DNA from: a bacterium
Lineage (GTDB): Bacteria > UBA8248
Assembly: GCA_965200245.1 (NCBI GenBank)
Contig: CBDATS010000004.1
Span: 544,001-608,000 of the forward strand
Reading direction: 5' to 3'
Length of the DNA stretch: 64,000 nt
Part shown: positions 9,153 to 18,965 of the stretch, piece by piece
How positions within the stretch are numbered: the stretch's first letter is position 1
Layout: each line of letters opens with the position of its first letter
The notes under the pieces: generated by a model
Told to the model about the DNA's origin: nothing
Database searches by the model: none
The model's input: the letters and a program-made list of their open reading frames with translations, nothing else
Program-made: the position numbers and the translations under genes

Positions 9153-10097
9153 TCAGGATGCGCCTGTGTCAATACATTCCCAGCCCGCGCCCTCGTGGCC
9201 GAAGACGAAGACCTCGGGATGGAGAATCTCCGCCAGAATCTCGGCGGATTCGACAAGCCTGGGCCCCGGGCGGTTAAAGAACTGGTTCCCGTCAGTCACG
9301 AACACCTGTCCATTGCGAACCGCTTCCAGGCATGTCCACTCCGCGCGTCCGATAAGTGCAACCAACTCACTGCGCGAGCGAGCAATATCGAATCCACACG
9401 GCATGAGTACGATAACCTCGGGCCTGGCTTCCTCAAACGCGGTCCATTCGAGCCAAGCGGAATGTTCGCCTTGGGTGCCCAGGACATCTACGCCGCCTGC
9501 GGTCTCCACGAGTTCCGGCACCCAGTTGCCTGCCGCCATTAGCGGGTCGTACCACTCGATACAGGCGACCCGGGGTCTGCGGTCCGTCTCTTGCGCGCAT
9601 CTGGAAATGGCGCCGAGCCGCTCATGCAAATCCGCCAGAAGCGCGTCGCCGCTTTCACGGACACCCAATGCCGCTGCCACTGAGGCGATGTCATGCCAGA
9701 CGTCTCCCAGCGCGTTGGGCTCAAGCGAAAGAACCTCAGGTCTGGAGCGCACCAGTTTGCGCACGGCCGCCTGAACGTCTGCGAGGCTCACTGCACACAA
9801 CTCGCATTGGGACTGTGTGACCACCAGATCGGGCGCGAGTTCATCAAGCAAGGCGGTGTCGACGCTGTAGACCGAGACGGCTTCCTGCAACACTGCCTTC
9901 ACACGCTCGTCAATTTCGCGGCTCGTGCCGTTCGGGTCGAATTTGGGAGCGGTGCAGGCAGGAAGCGCCGTAATATCATCGGGATAATCGCATTCGTGTG
10001 AACGGCCCACGAGGTGTTCACCGCATCCCAAAGCGTGAATAATCTCCGTACTGCTCGGCAAGAGCGATACGACGCGGTTCAAGAACCAGACCTCCAT
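9153..10097 (-). CDS. BtuF-like cobalamin/Fe-siderophore-binding protein without signal peptide
   Basis: RVVSLLPSSTEII...LVGRSHECDYP, PDLVVTQSQCELCAV, DGNQFFNRPGPRLVES. Confidence 0.8.
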   Translation of the reverse strand: MEVWFLNRVVSLLPSSTEIIHALGCGEHLVGRSHECDYPDDITALPACTAPKFDPNGTSREIDERVKAVLQEAVSVYSVDTALLDELAPDLVVTQSQCELCAVSLADVQAAVRKLVRSRPEVLSLEPNALGDVWHDIASVAAALGVRESGDALLADLHERLGAISRCAQETDRRPRVACIEWYDPLMAAGNWVPELVETAGGVDVLGTQGEHSAWLEWTAFEEARPEVIVLMPCGFDIARSRSELVALIGRAEWTCLEAVRNGQVFVTDGNQFFNRPGPRLVESAEILAEILHPEVFVFGHEGAGWECIDTGAS

Positions 10098-10144
10098 AAA
10101 CGTGAAACCCGAACTTGCGAATCCTCACACATCCCGAGCACTTA

Positions 10145-10550
10145 CTTATTCTTCATTACTTCGCCATTCACCAACAAAAGAATCGAAAACCAGAATGCTC
10201 AGACCCGATCAGAAATGATTGGGAATAAAGCGAAACAGAGTTGGAGTCAGAACAGGCAAATTTCGTATATAATTTCCAAAAGAGTCCTTCCAGTGTCCGC
10301 TAGAATTGCCGATTTTTGACACGCCTTCGGGAGTGACGTCCTTAATCTCAATTCCTTCAAACATTTTGCTATCCTGACCTATTCTGCCACTCTCGATTGA
10401 CAACCCCTCTCCATGCTTACCTTGGAACATACTCACTGAGCCGGACATTTTCCCTTCGCCAAAACCGGCATTCATGACCAGCTTGCCGCTGGAATGCATC
10501 GCCTCGTCCCGGCGTCGACATGGGGCGAGGACCCGCCCGGAGTTCCACAT
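10145..10550 (-). pseudogene. Degraded further TbpB-like beta-barrel segment, probably the decayed tail of the upstream lipoprotein
   Basis: Beta-strand pattern SSGKLVMNAGFGEGKMSGSVS...SGHWKDSFG, directly downstream of the lipoprotein stop. Confidence 0.35.
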
Positions 10551-10558
10551 CCGATTCC

Positions 10559-12115
10559 CTAGTCGCCCGAGGACTGCCGCCCTGCCTCAAGTCCGCCGGA
10601 AAGACGCACCGCGCCGTCGTCCACCTCGAAGGCACCGCGAGCGATTCGCCGTCTGCGGCGCGGAAGCCCGACACCCAACCCGAAATCGGCAACCAGTTCC
10701 GCATCGGCGGTGAAGGCACCCCCGTCCTTCCCGTGGCGAGCGATCCGACCCGCGGCGTCGCCCGAATAGCGTGCCGTCCCGCCCAGAGGGGCCAGCGCGG
10801 TGCCCGACCAGGACGCCTCCGCCGAAGGCGCGGCCGAACCGGCGGGTCCAGATGCCGGCCCGTTCATCCAGGGACCCGGACTCTCCGGAGAATTTTCTTC
10901 GGAACTCTCCTCGCGGCTCGCGCCGAAGGCGCCGACAAACGCCTCGGACGAATACCAGCGCGGACTGTCGAGATCGCTGGACCACACGCCGGCGACCGTC
11001 CGGCCCGCCACGCCCTCGTGATCCTCATAGAACTGGCCCTCCACGCAGTTGGACGTGTCGGAAGAGCAATCGCCGAACTTGCCGTTCTCCACCGACAGGC
11101 CATTCCAGCTCTTGTTCAGAACAGGATCGGGGTCGGAGTTAAATGCGCTGTAATAGTAGTAGAGGTTGTGCAACAGGACATCGACCGTGTCGTCGTAAAA
11201 ATCGTAAGTTATCCTGGCATCTCCGGAAAGATGATAACCGACCCCGTCGTCCAAACTCCGGGCCAATGCCGTACCGTTCCAGGTGGCGGTCGTTTCCTCG
11301 TCCACCGGGTCGGGGTTGGCGTTCGTCGGAATCCCGAACGTGAAGCCGGAGAGTTCATATTCGAGGTCATCATCGTAATCAGACGCCGAAGCGAAAAACA
11401 CGCCATCGACCCAGTCCGCATAGAAAAAGACACCGTCAACCAACCAGCCCGCCGATTTTCCGGAATATGGGTCACCCTTATCGAAGCTCAAGGTTATAGG
11501 GTTGGACAGCTTGTCGGTGATGCCTGTAGCGTCGGTAATCTCCGTCCCCATTTCGGGGAGCCCCAGCTCAATATGGCGATTTGTATCGGTGCCACCATCG
11601 CTGCGCCGGCTGTGCACATGACCGCGCAGGGTGGCCACCAAATCGGTGAAGCCTGGAAGCCTCTTCAGAAGCTCCCGCATCTCCGCGGTTTTGTATCCGC
11701 TCTGGATAGGTAATGATTCGGGCGGCGGGTCCCAGGGGTCGAGCGGAGACGGGTCGTCCTCATCAGGCACGCCGTCGTTATCGTCATCGGGGTAGGCATT
11801 GTTGCCGATGCCGTCCCCGTCGGTGTCCACCCACTCGTCCGGATCCAGCGGGAAGGCGTCGGCAGCGTCGGCCACCCCGTCATTGTCGTCATCGGGGTCC
11901 GCGTTGTTGCCGGTCCTGTCCCCATCCGTGTCCAGAACCTCAGGAACCGTGGCGGGGGGCGGCGCCGAGACGCGCGGCGTTCCACCACCTCCTCCCCCGC
12001 AGCCGCCAACCAGCAGCACCAACGCCAGGCAAACCCCCACGAACCACGCTATCCGGCCACCCGAAAAAGATTCAGACAGGCAACGGAAACTCATACACCA
12101 GCGTTTCTCTCGCAT
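10559..12115 (-). CDS. Surface lipoprotein with thrombospondin type-3 (Ca-binding) repeats and a TbpB-like beta-barrel; C-terminus probably degraded
   Basis: Lipobox LVGGC followed by poly-Gly; repeats DTDGDRTGNNADPDDDNDG / DTDGDGIGNNAYPDDDNDG; barrel ATWNGTA...VEGQFY...VAGVW...FVGAFGASRE. Confidence 0.75.
   Translation of the reverse strand: MREKRWCMSFRCLSESFSGGRIAWFVGVCLALVLLVGGCGGGGGGTPRVSAPPPATVPEVLDTDGDRTGNNADPDDDNDGVADAADAFPLDPDEWVDTDGDGIGNNAYPDDDNDGVPDEDDPSPLDPWDPPPESLPIQSGYKTAEMRELLKRLPGFTDLVATLRGHVHSRRSDGGTDTNRHIELGLPEMGTEITDATGITDKLSNPITLSFDKGDPYSGKSAGWLVDGVFFYADWVDGVFFASASDYDDDLEYELSGFTFGIPTNANPDPVDEETTATWNGTALARSLDDGVGYHLSGDARITYDFYDDTVDVLLHNLYYYYSAFNSDPDPVLNKSWNGLSVENGKFGDCSSDTSNCVEGQFYEDHEGVAGRTVAGVWSSDLDSPRWYSSEAFVGAFGASREESSEENSPESPGPWMNGPASGPAGSAAPSAEASWSGTALAPLGGTARYSGDAAGRIARHGKDGGAFTADAELVADFGLGVGLPRRRRRIARGAFEVDDGAVRLSGGLEAGRQSSGD
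10644..10829 (+). repeat. 186-bp exact direct repeat, copy 1 (copy 2 at 13908-14093)
   Basis: attcgccgtctgcggcgcgg...ctccgccgaaggc reads identically at both loci. Confidence 0.95.
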
Positions 12116-12282
12116 GGTTCACGCCTTCTCATGTTCAGGTTTCATGACGCATAGAGAATGAAAACCTAGTCAGCCGCGACCAGCTTGTCAACGACTCCGC
12201 GTCCTTCATCCTTTTCGCTTCCCGCCCGCTTTTGGGGAACGCGATAACAGTGGCGAGTTTACCAAGCAGTTTCCGGGTAAGA

Positions 12283-12358
12283 AAAGGGGCGAGATAAACC
12301 TTCCCCTTGCCGGGTAATACAATCCCTGTTAGCATCCGGGGAATCCATTCGCCATTTT
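12283..12358 (+). promoter_or_regulatory. Sigma70-like promoter block, copy 1 (copy 2 at 14233-14308)
   Basis: TTGCCG(12307)-17 nt-TAGCAT(12330) with extended TG; near-identical block 1950 bp downstream. Confidence 0.55.
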
Positions 12359-12515
12359 TGGCTCTTGATGAACATGAGATATTATAATGATGTTTATCTA
12401 ACCAAGGGATAGAGAACTTCGCGCTATATGGCTTTATGATGGAGTTCGTTTTCTCGCTAAAACCAAGGAGGCGACTCCGCGCCTCCATTCCTGAAATCTC
12501 CGATGGAGGAGTGTC

Positions 12516-13660
12516 GTGAAGAGACTATCGATCCATGTTTGCCTGTGTCTGTCGCTCGCCTTGACGGCTTTCGGTTGTGGAGGCAGTTCGGGAGGGGGAG
12601 GATCAGCCGGAGAGCCGGTCACACCCGAAACGGGCGTTCGGCAGGAAACCTTTCTGTATCGGGATCTGCAAAGGACGCTTCCCGAGGTGATCGGCGAACA
12701 GGCAGACTCGCCTGATGAGGGAGTCATCCGTGAGTTTGTCGTCACCCGATCGTTTCTCCTGCTTCCGCCAGCTGCGTTAACTGCTCCTGCGACTCCCGTC
12801 TGGCAGAACGAAGACGATTCTCCTCTGGACTCTACGGCTTTTCTTTGGCCCGGCGTAAACAGCGGCCACACACTGCATATACGGGGCCGCGCCGGACTCC
12901 GCGGAAACTATCCATTTACCGGAGAGGAGGCGGTCGATGGTTGGGGCAACCCAAACCATGAACTCTCCCGGCCAGCCATGTTCAAAAGCCGTCATCCGTC
13001 GGACATCGGCATTGTGCACGACATCGCGCTCGCCTACGCGGATTCGGGCAACGGCGGCATGGCCCTGGAATACGCCGCCTATGGCTGGTGGGCGATGGCC
13101 CCGGTGCCGGGCGGTGGAGCTCTGGATACCACCCGAAAGCTGAGCGCCCACGGCGGCATGAGTTTCGGAATCGAAGTCCATCCGCGTGACATGCCGGGGT
13201 CTGCCGACTCTCCGATTACGGCGATGTACGTCGGTCGCGCCACCGGTCATGCCTAGGACTCAAGAGGACGCTGGGTGTTGGCGGGCGACGCCATCCTGAA
13301 TGCAGTACTGAGAGGTCCGTCCGGCAGCATTAGCGGCATGATAGAGAATACGCACATCGCACGGATCGATCCGGAGACCCTCGAAGTGTTCCGGGCACGG
13401 GCGGAAGCTGGCACAGTGTCGTGTTGAGGCCGACTACGATAGAAGGGAACGGATACAGGGGCCGAATATACGTCGACGGGACGGCCGATTCAGGGCCCCC
13501 GTTCCGGACCCCCGCGGGCTTATACGAAGGGGCACTCTACGGACCCGAAGCCGTGGAAACCGCTGGCCAATGGTGGCTTATCGAGGCCTATCCCGCAGAC
13601 CACGAAGACGACGGGGAGATGGTGGTGGTCGGCGCCTTCGGAGCGAGAAAGAACCCATAA
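12516..13660 (+). pseudogene. TbpB-like surface lipoprotein with internal TAG (13254) and frameshift (~13420)
   Basis: Lipobox AFGC+GGSSGGGG; frame continues after TAG (DSRGRWVLAGDAILNA); last fragment ends YEGALYGPEAVETAGQW...VVGAFGARK. Confidence 0.75.
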
Positions 13661-13879
13661 CGTCAATCTCGGACCGCCGGGGAACGAATACACCCTCCGG
13701 CTCATTGCTCGCGGAAGTCCTGAAACTCCAGCGTAATTTTGACGCCGAGAGTGATCACCCACGCGAGCAAGCAATCCTGATCAATATCCTCGCCCCTGAA
13801 CCTCCCGTTCCAGCGGTCAGCGAAACCGTCCCCGGACGCGCCGCCCGCGAAACCTCCGGAAAGACCTATCGGCGTGGCC

Positions 13880-14179
13880 TCAAGCACGACGGCAGGAAAC
13901 GCGAGCTATTCGCCGTCTGCGGCGCGGAAGCCCGACACCCAACCCGAAATCGGCAACCAGTTCCGCATCGGCGGTGAAGGCACCCCCGTCCTTCCCGTGG
14001 CGAGCGATCCGACCCGCGGCGTCGCCCGAATAGCGTGCCGTCCCGCCCAGAGGGGCCAGCGCGGTGCCCGACCAGGACGCCTCCGCCGAAGGCATCGCAC
14101 CAGTCATCGTCGCGTCGGTCAGGCGCGTCAACTCACTGGTGAGTCGGCAGGTTTCGTCATTCTTGATGTTGAGACCCAT
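13880..14179 (-). pseudogene. VapB-type (Rv0623-like) antitoxin N-terminus fused to the duplicated lipoprotein fragment
   Basis: MGLNIKNDETCRLTSELTRLTDATMTGA resembles MALNIK.....RLA.ELA..TG.S.T.A; switches at ~14094 into the 186-bp repeat. Confidence 0.6.
13908..14093 (+). repeat. 186-bp exact direct repeat, copy 2
   Basis: Identical to 10644-10829. Confidence 0.95.
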
Positions 14180-14232
14180 CGTCGCCCTTATAGGGTAATG
14201 GTTCCCCCGCTTCGATGTAATCGACGTATAGC

Positions 14233-14308
14233 AAAGGGGCGAGACAAACCTCCCCCTTGCGGGGTAGTACGCCCCCTGTTAGCATCCGGGGAATCCATTC
14301 GCTATTTT
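14233..14308 (+). promoter_or_regulatory. Sigma70-like promoter block, copy 2
   Basis: TTGCGG(14257)-17 nt-TAGCAT(14280), just upstream of the AGGAGG RBS of the PPOX gene. Confidence 0.6.
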
Positions 14309-14331
14309 TATATTTCAGGAGGATGTGCGCG

Positions 14332-14865
14332 ATGGCGGAATTCACCGTAGCCAAGTTCAAGGATGTTTCCGATGGCTTGCAGGAGGGCCAGTTCGCTATA
14401 GGAGAGCGGACGAAGGCGACCGGTCTGGCGGATTTGGACCCGATATACAGGGATTTACTGGACAAGCCGATTACGGTCACTCTGGGTCTCATCGGCTCCG
14501 ATGGACGGGTAAACATGACACCTATGTGGTTCGACTACGAGGGCGACACGATTCTCGTGAGCACAGCTTCGCACCGGCCAAAGTGCGGGTGGATACGTAA
14601 CAACCCGCAGCTCACAATTCTCCTCGTGAACCCCGAAAACCCTTACCACTGGATGAGCATCAAGTGTACGGTGGTGAACGAGATATATGAAGACGGGCCG
14701 GGCGGCGAGCGGGCAACCGAACAACTCGACCGCATCTGGACGAAATACACGGGTACTGACCCGCCCTACGCGCTCAGAGACCCCGCAATCGACGAGAAAC
14801 GCGTATTGTTCGAGTGTCGTGTAGACAGGATAGCCACTTTTCGGGAAGCCGTAATCACGGCTTGA
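14332..14865 (+). CDS. Pyridoxamine 5'-phosphate oxidase-like split-barrel protein (PPOX class)
   Basis: LGLIGSDGRVNMTPMWFDYEG...K..WIRNNPQLTILLVNPENPYHW; AGGAGG RBS. Confidence 0.8.
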   Translation: MAEFTVAKFKDVSDGLQEGQFAIGERTKATGLADLDPIYRDLLDKPITVTLGLIGSDGRVNMTPMWFDYEGDTILVSTASHRPKCGWIRNNPQLTILLVNPENPYHWMSIKCTVVNEIYEDGPGGERATEQLDRIWTKYTGTDPPYALRDPAIDEKRVLFECRVDRIATFREAVITA

Positions 14866-14869
14866 AAAA

Positions 14870-15063
14870 ACGTCTCCCTGCACTTCGCCTCGTGGCCGAG
14901 CGCGCGGCTCCAATCGTGTATGTTCGCGCGCGCCTTGGGAAGCCGTGTTTCGCCACGTCGACGCCGATGATGGGATATCCTCCCAGGGATGCCTCCTGCA
15001 AGGCGCTATGTGACGTTACCCCGTCATGGCTCAATATTGCCGGAAGGGGGCCTCCATCCCATC
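14870..15063 (-). mobile_element. IS110/IS1111-family remnant (left end plus degraded transposase start)
   Basis: Minus frame IIGVDVAKHGF matches the IS110 RuvC-like N-terminal IGxDxAK motif; upstream DNA resembles IS1111-type ends. Confidence 0.5.
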
Positions 15064-15221
15064 GAACTGCTCATGGGAACCAGGATTGAAAAAACCGACG
15101 GACTTGCCGTCGAAGTCGATCAACAAGTCCGCCTTTACCAGTTCGCCGGATCGGCAATATGTCTCGTCGGCGCAATAGGCGGCACCGAGATCGGCCTTTG
15201 AAATCCCTGCCTGTTTTCGGG

Positions 15222-16214
15222 TCAGGTCTTTTTCTTTCTGACACGGCTCCGGCGGGGTTTCGGCGCGGGCCGTTCCTTAAGGAACCAGTCGAGTATCTGC
15301 TCGCCATCCCAACAGACTACCCCCGGCTTGGACAGGATATGCTCGAAGGTTTCGCGTACGTATTTGATACGGTGCGGCGAACCGGATAGATACGGGTGCA
15401 TGGCGATCGACATCACCTTCGTGGATTCGTGGCTTTCGGCGTAGACGGTCTCGAAGTAGTCGAGCGCCCTGTCCCGAAAGACCTGGGATTCGTGGTGCTG
15501 GATAGCCATGCTCACGATGTCGTGGAGTTCATAGTTGTAGGGCAGCGCTACAACGGATTTGCCGACCGTCGTCTTCACGTGTACGGGCTGGTCGTCGAGC
15601 ACCCAGTCACCGATGTATTCGATGCCGGCCTCGGCGAGAAAATCCAGCGTCCGGTATGTCTGGGTCAGCCCCGGACCGAACCAGCCGCGCGGCTTCTTGC
15701 CGGTGAAATCCGTGATGATATCCATACACTGGTCGATGGTCGCGCGCTCGTCGTCAAGCTTGTGCATCGGCACCTGTTCGTAGGAATGGGCGTTGAATTC
15801 CCAGCCCGCTTCCAGGCACGCCCCGGCGACGCGCGGATACTCCATGCAGGTACGGGCGTTCAGTGTCACCGTTGGGCGTACACCGAGATCGTCGAGCATC
15901 CGCTTGATGCGCCACACGCCGACCCGCATACCATACTCGTGCCAACTCCAGTTGGGATGATCGGGGAGCATCGGCACCCCTTGTGGCGGGGGTATCACCA
16001 TGCGTGCCATCGGCCGGACGATATCCCACACTTCCAGTGCCAGCACCGGCCAGAGAACCAGGCGCGCGCCGTCTGGCAGTTTCAGTGGTTTGCGATCGAT
16101 GATGGCCGAATAGGGCAGGCGATCACCGGGTCTCATACCTTCTTTCATGTCATATCCCCGAGGTGGCTGCGCCTGCAGGATGGAGCGGCGCACGGTTCTG
16201 TCAGGTGCGGTCAT
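15222..16214 (-). CDS. Polysaccharide deacetylase family protein (PuuE allantoinase-like)
   Basis: WSWHEYGMRVGVWR, EFNAHSY, PRGWFGPGLTQT, IAMHPYLSGSPHR; start probably 16148. Confidence 0.85.
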   Translation of the reverse strand: MTAPDRTVRRSILQAQPPRGYDMKEGMRPGDRLPYSAIIDRKPLKLPDGARLVLWPVLALEVWDIVRPMARMVIPPPQGVPMLPDHPNWSWHEYGMRVGVWRIKRMLDDLGVRPTVTLNARTCMEYPRVAGACLEAGWEFNAHSYEQVPMHKLDDERATIDQCMDIITDFTGKKPRGWFGPGLTQTYRTLDFLAEAGIEYIGDWVLDDQPVHVKTTVGKSVVALPYNYELHDIVSMAIQHHESQVFRDRALDYFETVYAESHESTKVMSIAMHPYLSGSPHRIKYVRETFEHILSKPGVVCWDGEQILDWFLKERPAPKPRRSRVRKKKT

Positions 16215-16376
16215 ACTATAGTCAAGATGGCATGGCAGGCAACCTCGACGCTTTTCTGAGCGAATTTACCGGAATCGCGCCATGGCACGATGCTGATCGT
16301 ATCGGTCGAAACCTCATCCGCATGCATGACGCCACCGCCTGCAGTATCTCCCTTTTCGATGGAAAACAGTGCACCC

Positions 16377-17507
16377 CTACCAGACGCAGCCGCGCGCGGC
16401 CACGGGGATCACGGCTTCGAGCACGCCCATCTCCATTCCGCCACGAACGCCGTGGTAGACATCGTAGAGGTTGATGGTCGGGTCACAGTGGCTGGGCTGG
16501 AACAGGAGTGTCTCGCCAATTTCCGGTCGTCGCGAAGTCGGGGATAGCTCCAACACCCCGTGCTCATCAGAAGCCCGTGCATGCACGGCGCCTTCGAGTT
16601 CAAGGCAAGGAGCCAACCCACTGTCCGAGGAAAGTGCCTTGTGACCAGCGTCCATCACGACATGGCCGAGACCGGGCGCGCTCACCACGGTCGTCAGAAC
16701 GAACAGGCTGGGTTTGAAATCGTCATACGTGTCGGAATCCTCTCCGCCGATGCTGCGATAGTGCGAATCCATGAAGAGATAGCTGCCGGCCTGAAGCTCA
16801 TTCAGCACGCCATAGTCCGCATCCCACCGCCATGAACCAGTGCCGCCCCCGCTCCTGATTTCCGTCGAAAGCCCGGCAGCCTCGAACGCGGCCACCGTCT
16901 CGTGCATCAGCGCGACGGCGCGCGCGTAGGTTTCGCGCCGTTCGATGTATCCATCCACGTGCTGGGCCGCGCCCTGGTAGGCCTGAATCCCCATCAGTTG
17001 GAGCCCCTGCGCCGCTTCCACGCGTCTTGCGAGTTCCACCGCCGGCTCTCCGGGCGTCACGCCGCAACGGCCCTGACCCACGTCCACGTCAACGAGCACG
17101 CCGATTTCCACCCCCGCCGCCGTCACAGCTTCCGAGAGCATGCTCACCCCCTGGGGATGATCCACCACCAACATCAACTGCGTATGACGTGCGAGCGCGG
17201 CCAGACGCTTGAGTTTCGAGACAGCCGTGACTTCGCTGCTCACGAGCACGTTCTCCACCCCGCCTTCCACCATCACCTCGGCCTCGCTTACTTTCTGGCA
17301 GCACACGCCCACTGCGCCGAGTGCTACCTGTTTGCTCGCAAGCCAGGGACTCTTGTGCGTCTTGGCGTGGGCGCGCAGCCTGACACCCGTTCCTTCCAGA
17401 CGCTTCGCCATCAGGGCGAGGTTCTCCTCCATGACGTCTAGATCGATGACCAGGGCAGGCGTTTCTATTTCGCGCACCGGCGTTCCGATACTCTGGGCAT
17501 GGGGCAT
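16377..17507 (-). CDS. DSD1/D-threonine aldolase family PLP enzyme (fold III)
   Basis: TPALVIDLD, LRAHAKTHKS (PLP Lys), SGGGTG, ELQAGSYLFMD, SDEHG, PSHCDPTINLYD. Confidence 0.9.
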   Translation of the reverse strand: MPHAQSIGTPVREIETPALVIDLDVMEENLALMAKRLEGTGVRLRAHAKTHKSPWLASKQVALGAVGVCCQKVSEAEVMVEGGVENVLVSSEVTAVSKLKRLAALARHTQLMLVVDHPQGVSMLSEAVTAAGVEIGVLVDVDVGQGRCGVTPGEPAVELARRVEAAQGLQLMGIQAYQGAAQHVDGYIERRETYARAVALMHETVAAFEAAGLSTEIRSGGGTGSWRWDADYGVLNELQAGSYLFMDSHYRSIGGEDSDTYDDFKPSLFVLTTVVSAPGLGHVVMDAGHKALSSDSGLAPCLELEGAVHARASDEHGVLELSPTSRRPEIGETLLFQPSHCDPTINLYDVYHGVRGGMEMGVLEAVIPVAARGCVW

Positions 17508-17675
17508 GCAGTATCCTCCTCAAGGAGAAATCGACTCTTTATCTTAAGAATCTGTGGAAGAATATCACCAGAAAGACGAGGCGGGAACCGGCTTGCCCGC
17601 TGCCCTTTCATGCCGCATGATGGGGTTTCACGGATTCATGTGACTTTCCCGCTTGCATTCGGAGGTTTTTTCTTC

Positions 17676-18566
17676 ATGCGCACGAAGGCGGACGATCTCC
17701 TCGAAGGTGCCATCGACGTTCACGCTCACATCTTTCCTCAGGTATTCCTGGAAGAGCCCGGGCGCGTTTTGGACCACGAATGGGCCCAACTCGCGCGTGA
17801 CGTCGGTATGCGCGGCTTCGTCATGAAGAGTCACCTGTGGCCCACCATCGCGCAGGCGAGGATTCTGAACGAGGTATATCCGGGCGTCACGGCCTTCGGC
17901 GCCATTACCCTGAACGCCAACGTAGGCGGGCTTTCACCCTTCGCTGCGGAAAGCGCGGCGCGCCTGGGCGTGAAGGTCATCTGGATGCCCACCTACTCGG
18001 CGGCGAACGACATCACCGTGGGGGCCTACAGCAAACGCATCGCGGAGGCTTATCAGCAGCCCCCGCCTGCGCAGGGCCTGACCGTGCTGGATGAGAACGG
18101 CGCGGTGCGTCCCGAGGCGGACGCCATACTGGAAATCGCCCGTGACGCAGATGTAGCCGTGGCCACGGGGCATTTGTCCGCAGATGAGGGAGTCTCTCTG
18201 GCGAGGCGGGCGAAAGAAATCGGCGTGAAGAAATTCATTTTCACTCATCCGATCATCTTCATCATCAACGCGAGCGAGGGACAACTGCTTGAAGTAGCGG
18301 ACCTGGGCTACATCGTCGAGTTCACGTGGATATCGGCTTTTCCCATGTGGCGCGACCTCGACCCCGTGAAAGTTGCCGAAACGGCACGCGCCCTCGGCCC
18401 TGAACGATGCGTGATGAGCACCGACGCGCAACTGGACCTCAATCCCCCGCCAACGGAAATGTTGCGCATGTTCATCGCCACGATGCTTCGCCTGGGTTTC
18501 GAGGATGAGGATATCCGCTGGATGGTGCAGCGAAACCCCGCCCGCCTGATGGGCCTCGAAGAATAG
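17676..18566 (+). CDS. Amidohydrolase-fold protein (DUF6282-like)
   Basis: GAIDVHAHIFP, GMRGFVMKSH, VIWMPT, ATGHLS, MSTD, NPARLMGL; GGAGG RBS. Confidence 0.8.
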   Translation: MRTKADDLLEGAIDVHAHIFPQVFLEEPGRVLDHEWAQLARDVGMRGFVMKSHLWPTIAQARILNEVYPGVTAFGAITLNANVGGLSPFAAESAARLGVKVIWMPTYSAANDITVGAYSKRIAEAYQQPPPAQGLTVLDENGAVRPEADAILEIARDADVAVATGHLSADEGVSLARRAKEIGVKKFIFTHPIIFIINASEGQLLEVADLGYIVEFTWISAFPMWRDLDPVKVAETARALGPERCVMSTDAQLDLNPPPTEMLRMFIATMLRLGFEDEDIRWMVQRNPARLMGLEE

Positions 18567-18965
18567 GAAACACGCGTGGTGCACCCCAATATACGACCTG
18601 GAGAGGTGTATTGCGCTTCGGTTCGCCCCGCTGAAGCGTATTCTTGACTCTCTGCGCAAATTTCCTGCACAACTTTTGGGAAAATACAAAATCAACAGCA
18701 GCACTCTTATCCATACTCAAGGAGAATTCAGGACAAAACGAAATCCAGGGAGGGAACTTGAGTCGATATCTCGCTATTCCGTCAGAAGATGCACGGATTC
18801 GACCATTTTTAATCAATCTGTCGTATCATTTAGACACGCTTGTCACAATGAACATTTATACTGGCGCGTGCAGTCATCGCGAAAAAACGCCGCGACAGTC
18901 AATCAATTCTCCGGCGAATCGAATACCGCAAGAGTCGGGGACACTACCAAAAAAGGAAAAACGCC

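Noticed and set aside
11740-11935. DNA-level repeats inside the lipoprotein gene
   Set aside because: Explained by the TSP3 DxDxDG protein repeats; not a separate element
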